From an uncultured Nitrososphaerota archaeon (GTDB lineage: Archaea > Asgardarchaeota > Njordarchaeia > Njordarchaeales > Panguiarchaeaceae): a DNA stretch of 25,460 nt. The notes under the pieces were generated by a model that worked only from the letters and a program-made list of their open reading frames with translations, searched no databases and was not told the DNA's origin. Within the stretch, counting starts at the first letter, position 1, and the number at the start of each line of letters is the position of its first letter. Both the position numbers and the translations under genes were made by a program. The stretch lies in NCBI GenBank assembly GCA_964636085.1, contig CAZWPQ010000032.1:1-25460 (forward strand), written 5' to 3'. This document shows positions 18,848-25,460 of the stretch, piece after piece.

Positions 18848-20056
18848 ATGGGAAATCGGATATTCAGGCTAGATAGGAGCAACCCTAAATCAAACCTGTA
18901 TGTTATGATGCTTAGCGGTGCTATCTGGACGCCAATAAGCACCGCAATGGGGATATACTGGCAAATATACTTAACAATGTTGGGGGCGTCACCCATCGAT
19001 ATAGCCATTATAGCCATGAGCTCGACGATGGTATTAACATTCTCCAGGTTTCTTGGTGGATACTTGGCTGATGTTATAGGTAGGCGAAAACTTATTGTAT
19101 CAATGACATATGCTGTATCGGTGTGTTACCTTGCAATGTTCTTCGCCACTACATGGAAGATTATTCTATTGACCAGCATTTTTCTAAACATATTTCTCCT
19201 GTATCAACCCGCAACAGAGGCAATAATCGCAGACAGCACTTCCGATGGTGCTAGAGGTAAAAACTATGGTACCCTCAACTTGGTGCCAGGCATTATGATT
19301 TTATTCTCGCCGATAATAGCATATATGTTTATATCAAGATATGGAATAACTTGGGGGACAAGAATATTAATCCTACTAACAGCAATTGCTGGATTCATTG
19401 TTGGTATATTACGTACTTTTACATTGAAAGAAACAATAGATCAGCGGGATAGCTCGAAGGTTAGTAATGGTGGCATACTTAGCCAATATCGCCATGTATT
19501 TGGGATCATAAAAAAGCGAATGTTCGCACTCTTTGTATTTATAATGCTCCTAGGTGTTGTTGGGGGATTAACAATGATGACGCAACTATATGTAATAATA
19601 TATCTTGGCTCTGGAAATGAGTTATGGGCACTACTACGTTTTATGTATCTACTAACATTTGTGGTTTTTATTATACCAGCTGGCGTAGCGACTGACCACT
19701 ATGGAAGAAAAAACGTGATTTTAATAGGCACCATACTATCCATATTTTCAATAACATTCCTGCTTTTAGCATCTCTAAATTATACCGAGATATTTCTGCT
19801 TTTTTACTCGATTTTGGGTTCTATATCTTGGGCCCTCTTAGCATGCTCTATTCCCTCGATGGAGGCGGACATTCTACCCAAGAACATTAGAGGTAAAGCA
19901 TACGCGGTGATTGCGGCTGCAAACTCTATTGCTCTGGCATTTTCCCAGTTATTTTGTGGCTATATCTATGTCTACGGAGAGAATATACCATACCTACTGG
20001 CATTATTTGTACTAGTATTCATGGCAATCATTATGGCTAGAATATCAGAAAAATAG
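18848..20056 (+). CDS. MFS transporter
   Basis: Motif A GGYLADVIGRRK and GVATDHYGRK, with about 12 TM segments. ATG 18848 preferred as start. Confidence 0.92.
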   Translation: MGNRIFRLDRSNPKSNLYVMMLSGAIWTPISTAMGIYWQIYLTMLGASPIDIAIIAMSSTMVLTFSRFLGGYLADVIGRRKLIVSMTYAVSVCYLAMFFATTWKIILLTSIFLNIFLLYQPATEAIIADSTSDGARGKNYGTLNLVPGIMILFSPIIAYMFISRYGITWGTRILILLTAIAGFIVGILRTFTLKETIDQRDSSKVSNGGILSQYRHVFGIIKKRMFALFVFIMLLGVVGGLTMMTQLYVIIYLGSGNELWALLRFMYLLTFVVFIIPAGVATDHYGRKNVILIGTILSIFSITFLLLASLNYTEIFLLFYSILGSISWALLACSIPSMEADILPKNIRGKAYAVIAAANSIALAFSQLFCGYIYVYGENIPYLLALFVLVFMAIIMARISEK

Positions 20057-20201
20057 CCACGCCACAACTTTCGCGAATAAAAATTACCAATACATGTACT
20101 ATATTGCATACTCACCATCATTTAATAGGAGAATAGCCATATTCTTTACATATCTCCATAATAAACAATAATTTCGAGATGTTTGTTAGAGGTGTATCTA
20201 C

Positions 20202-20960
20202 GTGAATAAAATTTTGGCCGTCATATTCGATTTTGGCGGTGTAATAGCAGAGAAGCCATATTTTAGACCATTTGTGGATATAATTGCTGATTTTCTTAAA
20301 AACAAGGGAATCTACCTATCCAGTGAGCAAAAACGAGCCATAAAGCAGATATATGAGGATTCTAGACAAGTTGCGCTTCTTTCAATGCGTGAGATAACAT
20401 TGGAGGAGATACTATTTGAGATATATACATACCTAGGTCTTCATTTCGATTATAAACTTATCAAGGAGGGATATGAATATTTTGTTGGTCAAATCAGCTC
20501 AACGGCCAGACAAGAGGCTAGAGATACACTCAAGGCTCTGAAGGACATGGATATCAAAATTGGGTTAATATCAAATACTTTTACGGATTACCCAAGAAGG
20601 GCGTTGAAACAGTTTGGATTGTTGGACTATTTTGATGTTATTACGTTGTCTTATGAAGTATCCTATAGAAAACCTAGTCCCGTAATATATAGGAGCGCCA
20701 TAGACATACTTGGTGTTTCTCCTAGGGAATGCCTATTCGTTGCCGATGAAATAGATACAGATCTATGGGGCGCCAAGAACATGGGGCTCCTGACGGCCTA
20801 TATCAAGAGTGATGATTCATGGACCTATTGGAGGAAAAAAATAGAGGAAAAACCAGTTTTCTACAGCATCGACTTCGTCCCAGACTATGTCATCAAGAAT
20901 CTGTTGCAGGTTGTAGAGATAATAGAGAGACTAAACAAAGTCGGTGAAAATGTGAGCTAG
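20202..20960 (+). CDS. HAD-superfamily hydrolase (subfamily IA)
   Basis: Motif I variant IFDFGGVI, motif II ISN, motif III RKP and motif IV VADEIDTD. GAGGTG RBS. Confidence 0.9.
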   Translation: MNKILAVIFDFGGVIAEKPYFRPFVDIIADFLKNKGIYLSSEQKRAIKQIYEDSRQVALLSMREITLEEILFEIYTYLGLHFDYKLIKEGYEYFVGQISSTARQEARDTLKALKDMDIKIGLISNTFTDYPRRALKQFGLLDYFDVITLSYEVSYRKPSPVIYRSAIDILGVSPRECLFVADEIDTDLWGAKNMGLLTAYIKSDDSWTYWRKKIEEKPVFYSIDFVPDYVIKNLLQVVEIIERLNKVGENVS

Positions 20961-21637
20961 TCCAGATATGCTGGAATCTTGTCAATGAAATACAGTATGG
21001 ATCCATCAAATCCATACTTATATGCAAGAAATTTCACCCCAAAACTGTATGCCTTCACAGCCTCGTTATATAGAAGCGGATCTACACCTCTTGCTATTCT
21101 TAGACACTCAGCATTTCTATGGAAAACCAAGAAAACCACATAAGCATCCCCACACTCGTGATTTTTATGTTTAATTAGGCTGGATATATGGCATCTTCCC
21201 CTCTCTGTGGGTGCATCAGGAAAATAACAGCACATATTTCTAATCCATGTACATCCCTTAACCTCAACCGCTGTGGAGTTTATAAGAAAATCTATCCTTG
21301 AGCCATATATCTCTACTTCTTTCCTGATTTCTCCTTTGAACACAGTCAATCCTTTCCTCATGGTTATCTCAAAGATTTCTGAATGATATTTAGAGTTTGA
21401 GAATACCCATTCATCATTATGGCTAAATGCCAGTAGGTCATATCTTGTCCGTCTCTTTGGAGATTTGCTCCTCACTATGATTATTCTGGTATTTGGCTTG
21501 AGCAGGAGTATCCCGCCAGGGTCATGGATATGTATTTCTTCCTTAATGTTACCTATCCTAGCGACCTCCAAGAACGTGTTGATCCTCCCTACAAAGATTG
21601 CTTTTTTCAATATGTCCTTTGGGAACCTCTTTATCAT
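20957..21637 (-). CDS. sfsA: DNA/RNA nuclease SfsA (sugar fermentation stimulation protein)
   Basis: RINTF, HIHDPG, SRIDF, VEVKGCT and FPDAPTERG. Confidence 0.92.
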   Translation of the reverse strand: MIKRFPKDILKKAIFVGRINTFLEVARIGNIKEEIHIHDPGGILLLKPNTRIIIVRSKSPKRRTRYDLLAFSHNDEWVFSNSKYHSEIFEITMRKGLTVFKGEIRKEVEIYGSRIDFLINSTAVEVKGCTWIRNMCCYFPDAPTERGRCHISSLIKHKNHECGDAYVVFLVFHRNAECLRIARGVDPLLYNEAVKAYSFGVKFLAYKYGFDGSILYFIDKIPAYLD

Positions 21638-21951
21638 GTATAGTCCTTCCCCAATACACTATACCCATATACTGGAAGAATTTAGAGATATGATTTTTAT
21701 GTACTATGGCCTCTAAGCATAATACTCTTTCACCATTACTAACGGTGTATATGGGGCCCCTTGAGCTTTTATCTCTCTTGTTTTTTGATGGATTATAGTC
21801 ACTATTGATTCATTGTTTCTTATTTTTGTGATGTTTCTAATATGCTCTAATAATGCAATAGCAACACTTTTTCTTCGACATAAAATAGTATAAAGTTTAA
21901 ATTAGGGATAGCTATATAGTATACTGTTAAGCATGTTAGGGTGCTTGATGA

Positions 21952-22251
21952 ATGAGTATTGTGATAACCAGTAGAATTGCGGAGGCAATAATGTCTATTG
22001 CGGAGAAGCGTGGTTTTGCTCCTGAAGAATACATCATTGTGAAAATTTTGGAGGATTTAGATCCAAAAACACGGATATCGATCTATGTGGAGCTTTTTAG
22101 GAGATACTTATCAGAAGCGAGAAAATACGCGGATGAAGAGAATTTTCCTCACGCCTTCGAGAAATATTGGGGGGCTTCGACATCACTCCTGAATATAGTG
22201 GGAGAACTCAAGAATATGGATCATTGCAAACTTTCTAGTCTTTGGTTTTGA
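21952..22251 (+). pseudogene. PaREP1-family protein, 3'-truncated
   Basis: LDPKTRISIYVEL..YLSEARKY..AFEKYWGA matches the PaREP1 N-half. The C-terminal LHxxF[YH] half is absent, and the last codons are antisense to the neighbouring gene. Confidence 0.7.
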
Positions 22252-22738
22252 GTTTTCTTAGATAATTCATGACGATGTTCTTCTCTATTCTAAAGCCGAA
22301 ATCTTCGAGGGCATCTATGGATTTTCTGAATTCCTTAGAACTTATCAGTCCCCTCTTTAGAGCCTCCCAGAGAATACCCAGGGTGCCCTTGACTTTGACA
22401 CCCATTTGCTTGGCCTTTCTTCTTGCGAGTTTCTCATCAATGCATACATAATCTGCAGGTAATTCGATACCAAGCACAATTGCCTCAGCTTCGCCTCGAC
22501 CTAATGGCCCTATGAGAGACTCTACAAGCAACGCATTCTTGGGTTTCACCACCTTAATTCTGCCAGACCTCACAGCATTCTCAAGTTCATCACTTCCAAC
22601 ACGACCTTTCCCCTTGACGTATACTTCTTGATAAACCGCAGTTGGCACGTAGATCTCATTAAATATTCTCCAGAGGAGATGCATCTTATCTATGGCGCTC
22701 AGTGAGATTATCACGCTTGAGTTACAGACAACAATCAT
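22235..22738 (-). CDS. DUF3368-family PIN-domain toxin
   Basis: IVVCNSS, VPTAVYQE, LGRGEAEAI, IDEKLAR and GTLGIL. Confidence 0.9.
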   Translation of the reverse strand: MIVVCNSSVIISLSAIDKMHLLWRIFNEIYVPTAVYQEVYVKGKGRVGSDELENAVRSGRIKVVKPKNALLVESLIGPLGRGEAEAIVLGIELPADYVCIDEKLARRKAKQMGVKVKGTLGILWEALKRGLISSKEFRKSIDALEDFGFRIEKNIVMNYLRKLKTKD

Positions 22739-22968
22739 GCTCTTAGTTCCTCCTTGATTTCCTCCTCGCCATACTCGAAGGGCTTTATTCCCCTCCTCTT
22801 GAGCTCATAGATGAAATCTTGGATTGGAACACCAGCAATCTCTGCGGCAAGCCCAACACTCACTAAGCCCCTCCAGAAGAGCTCTATCGCGAACGCCAGC
22901 CTAACATCCCTCTCCGGATCCCCAGAGTAGTTTGCCGGGATTCTAACTACAACAGCCTTCTGCTTCAA
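22735..22968 (-). CDS. UPF0175-family antitoxin
   Basis: AIELFWRGLVSVGLAAEIAGV..F..ELKRRGI. ATGA overlap with the DUF3368 gene. Confidence 0.88.
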   Translation of the reverse strand: MKQKAVVVRIPANYSGDPERDVRLAFAIELFWRGLVSVGLAAEIAGVPIQDFIYELKRRGIKPFEYGEEEIKEELRA

Positions 22969-23334
22969 GCAATACCACCAAGACCACTACTAATAAAGAA
23001 TTAATATTTATTCAATATAAACTTTTTTATTGAAAAGTGTGTTATCTCTGACGCTACAATTGATCGCTCTTTATGTTCAGTATTTAGGATTCCTGGTTGG
23101 GAAGGAAAAAGCGATGTCTTTATGTATAGTTTTGACTATCTGGAGGATCTCGGCTCATTCAAGGATATTCCTGAATTCGTTGTTAAGCTAAATAAGGGCT
23201 CTTTTTTGCCGTTTTATCTTCGTCCCTTTAGATCACTAATCATTAAGTCCTTCATCAAAAAACTAAATCTTCTCTTCGATAGACTTAGAGATACATCCAA
23301 AACTATTGGGTGCTTCAACTAGATCATTGTCGAA

Positions 23335-23778
23335 TTATTTTGTTGTGATTTTATACTCTTTTGGGTCTAGTCTTTTTATGTACTCTACATTATCAAAATC
23401 TTTATCTGCAGAGATTATCGTGTTTATTTCCATCTTTCTCATAGCGATTATATGCGCGGCATCATATGGAGAGATATTATATTTACCTGCAAGATCTATT
23501 GCGTCTAAAATATCCTTAGAATCTATCTCAATTAGGCTTATAGGAAGGGACAGCACAGCTTTTATCTTCATTGGGAGATCCACTACACGAAACTTCCTTA
23601 AAGCATTAGCGACTTCAAGAAGAATAAGGGAAGAAATATAGGCTCTAAGACAACCGTTATAAACATCTCTGATTATATCCGCACAGTACTTGCCATATTT
23701 TTTATCCATAATTATAGAGTAGAAAAATATGTTGCTATCAATGAATACTTTCCTCGGCAGCTTCTTCAACCTCATCAA
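23335..23778 (-). CDS. vapC: VapC PIN-domain toxin
   Basis: VFIDSNI, LLEVANAL, SPYDAAH and ISADKDFD. The exact start is uncertain and may be a few codons later. Confidence 0.9.
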   Translation of the reverse strand: MMRLKKLPRKVFIDSNIFFYSIIMDKKYGKYCADIIRDVYNGCLRAYISSLILLEVANALRKFRVVDLPMKIKAVLSLPISLIEIDSKDILDAIDLAGKYNISPYDAAHIIAMRKMEINTIISADKDFDNVEYIKRLDPKEYKITTK

Positions 23779-23980
23779 TAGTTATATGTCTATTGGATTT
23801 ATGCTTACCTATCAAATGTGATAGAGGATCTTCTATACCTACCCGTCTAACTATAATCGTATACTCATTTAGTGCCTTAACCTCCACTATTTCCCCTGGA
23901 ACAATTCTTGTTATTTCCCTAACATCTTTAGGAATCGTTATTTGATATTTGCTCGTAATTTTTGTCTTACCCATACTCAT
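23738..23980 (-). CDS. AbrB/MazE/SpoVT-family antitoxin (VapB-type)
   Basis: TKITSKYQITIPKDVRE..IVPGE. Overlaps vapC. AGGTG RBS. Confidence 0.9.
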   Translation of the reverse strand: MSMGKTKITSKYQITIPKDVREITRIVPGEIVEVKALNEYTIIVRRVGIEDPLSHLIGKHKSNRHITIDEVEEAAEESIH

Positions 23981-23985
23981 ACACC

Positions 23986-24025
23986 TACTAATACTAATAC
24001 TAATTAATAACTTAAAAGGTTTTAT
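23986..24025 (-). promoter_or_regulatory. Putative BRE/TATA promoter of the AbrB-VapC operon with a triple 6-bp repeat
   Basis: Minus strand reads ATAAAACC-TTTTAAG about 30 bp above the ATG. (TACTAA)x3 at 23986-24003 is a possible operator. Confidence 0.45.
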
Positions 24026-24049
24026 TCAACCTCCAGAAATGTATACCCA

Positions 24050-24136
24050 GTCGCATTTGGAGTTATATAGGCAAGTTAGGACGTCTATAATGCAGAATTA
24101 TGGGCACTAGGCGAGTAAAAGGGAGTACACCAGCAA
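24050..24136. repeat. Intergenic direct repeat, copy A (87 bp)
   Basis: 73 of 87 columns identical to 25091-25176 by manual alignment. Confidence 0.9.
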
Positions 24137-24338
24137 GCAAAGCCAGATGAAACAGAAACCTGATGCTGAGTTTTCCTCACTGATACATCAATTGTTCAAG
24201 GCTACATCCAACGAAAGCGACGCTTCCAGAGATTTTCATAAATGGGCTCAAAGGAGCAAACAAAGGCAAATAAAAACAATTAGTAAAAATCTGTGCGTAG
24301 CTTTTTATATTTTTGTGATGGTGTGTTTTTGGGACCCT

Positions 24339-24893
24339 CTAGAATAATTCCTGAATTTCTTTTTCTTCGCTTTTGAATTTATCTTTGAGCGAACTTAGGA
24401 CGAGTTGTAGAAACCATGTTAGCATATATTTGCGATCGTGGAACCAATTGTCCTTACCACATTTTTTCTTGTAATCCACCAGAAAATTTACAAGCTCCAC
24501 TATTATGTCATCGAAAAATTCTACCTCTATTCCTTTGCTATTAGCATATTCTCTAATTTTGGTTTTTGTTTTTTCATCGGCAAACCAACAATAGAGTACT
24601 ATTCTAGGTTTCTCGATCAATGCACTAAGCCAACAAAGTTTCTCTCTAAGTTCCTCCAACTTGCTATGGATATCTTTAATAAATTCATCAATATCGTCCT
24701 CGTCAGGCGTTATCGAAACAACTTCCCCCACAATAACATCCACTATTTTTCTATCCTCTATCCTTACGGCTATCACATCGATATCTCCTTCCCCACAACG
24801 CTTATATCTTTCATCCATCTTCACAAAATAACCCTTGACAAGCTCCAAGTATTCCCATACCAACATCTCATATATACTCTCTTTATATCCCAT
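24339..24893 (-). CDS. Stand-alone PD-(D/E)XK restriction-endonuclease-fold protein
   Basis: E..V..YL..KGYFV, GDIDVIAV and IVGEV pattern. GGGGA RBS. Confidence 0.65.
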   Translation of the reverse strand: MGYKESIYEMLVWEYLELVKGYFVKMDERYKRCGEGDIDVIAVRIEDRKIVDVIVGEVVSITPDEDDIDEFIKDIHSKLEELREKLCWLSALIEKPRIVLYCWFADEKTKTKIREYANSKGIEVEFFDDIIVELVNFLVDYKKKCGKDNWFHDRKYMLTWFLQLVLSSLKDKFKSEEKEIQELF

Positions 24894-24978
24894 CGTATCA
24901 TCCCCAAAATAGCTATATAGAGTAACCTAAATAGATTAAAAAACTCGGTACTACAAGAGTGACAAGCCGAATGAGCTA

Positions 24979-25041
24979 CATTTGCAGTTATGTAGGCGGG
25001 ATAGAGTGTCTAAATATGGAATAATAAGCACCAAGCAAATA
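24979..25041. repeat. Intergenic direct repeat, degenerate internally deleted copy C
   Basis: catttgcagttatgtaggcgggatagagtgtcta...caccaagcaaata matches both ends of copy B. Confidence 0.7.
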
Positions 25042-25090
25042 AGAGGATACATCAATAAACAAGCTAAAAAAATATCTAAAAGAAGAGAAT

Positions 25091-25176
25091 GTCGCATTTG
25101 CAGCTATATAGGCGGGTTAGGGCATCTATAATCCAAACTCATGGGCACTAGGCTTGTAAAAGAAGTACACCAGCAA
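25091..25176. repeat. Intergenic direct repeat, copy B (86 bp)
   Basis: gtcgcatttgcagctatataggcgggttagggcatctataatccaaactcatgggcactaggcttgtaaaagaagtacaccagcaa. Confidence 0.9.
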
Positions 25177-25460
25177 ATATTTTCATATGACACATAGGAA
25201 GAGAGAATAATAGGGCCTACATTAAAGCATGACTCCGAGAGACGCCCAACAATCCTAATGGAAGTTCTGAGGAAATTCGCGGACGAATACCCACGCCACG
25301 CAGAAAAGATAGAGCAGATAATACAGAAAATAATAGGAAGATCAGAAACAGAAGAAAACGAAGAACAAACAACAAAACCTCAGACACAAAACAGCCAACA
25401 ACAATAACAAAAATAAACAGTTCGAATGTAGAGAACGCAAGCGACAAAAATTCTTTCGCT

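Noticed and set aside
24147-24920. + strand ORFs 24147-24347 and 24438-24920
   Set aside because: No RBS or motif; the second is antisense to the nuclease-fold gene.
24050-25176. Repeats as a CRISPR array, integron attC sites or an integrase remnant
   Set aside because: Too long, degenerate and irregularly spaced for CRISPR. A GTTAGG core is present but lacks a matching RYYYAAC end and full-length palindrome. The IQxxMGH-like reading needs several frameshifts.
16804-25197. Stop-codon reassignment or selenocysteine/pyrrolysine as the cause of in-frame stops
   Set aside because: The three internal stops are TAA, TGA and TAG, all of which end normal genes here. The TGA is at a probable Arg position and no SECIS-like element was recognised.
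25217-25447. 76-aa hydrophobic - strand ORF
   Set aside because: Hydrophobicity follows from the T-rich strand of an A-rich tract; no independent support.

Overview
AT-rich archaeal window (GGTGA-type ribosome-binding sites, BRE/TATA promoters, PaREP1 and archaeal-ATPase families). A thermophilic TACK- or Asgard-related lineage is inferred but not proven. Bases 1-7.5 kb hold ordinary genes: an RHH regulator, radical SAM protein, malate dehydrogenase, CDF transporter and an FtsX/LolD-type ABC exporter. The rest is largely an accessory region mixing toxin-antitoxin and defence-type genes (HEPN-MNT, PaREP1, two PIN-toxin pairs, three PD-(D/E)XK domains) with MFS transporters, a HAD hydrolase, SfsA and a broken surface protein. 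Every HEPN-fold gene is disrupted. The most notable feature is a Hanks-type protein kinase (10877-12250). Its last ~100 aa resemble the C-terminal half of the archaeal ribosomal stalk protein aP0/uL10: a spine-helix repeat plus the acidic GLxxLFG tail that binds translation factors. This suggests a stalk-mimicking kinase or decoy aimed at translational GTPases. All family calls come from motif recognition by eye; no searches were run.
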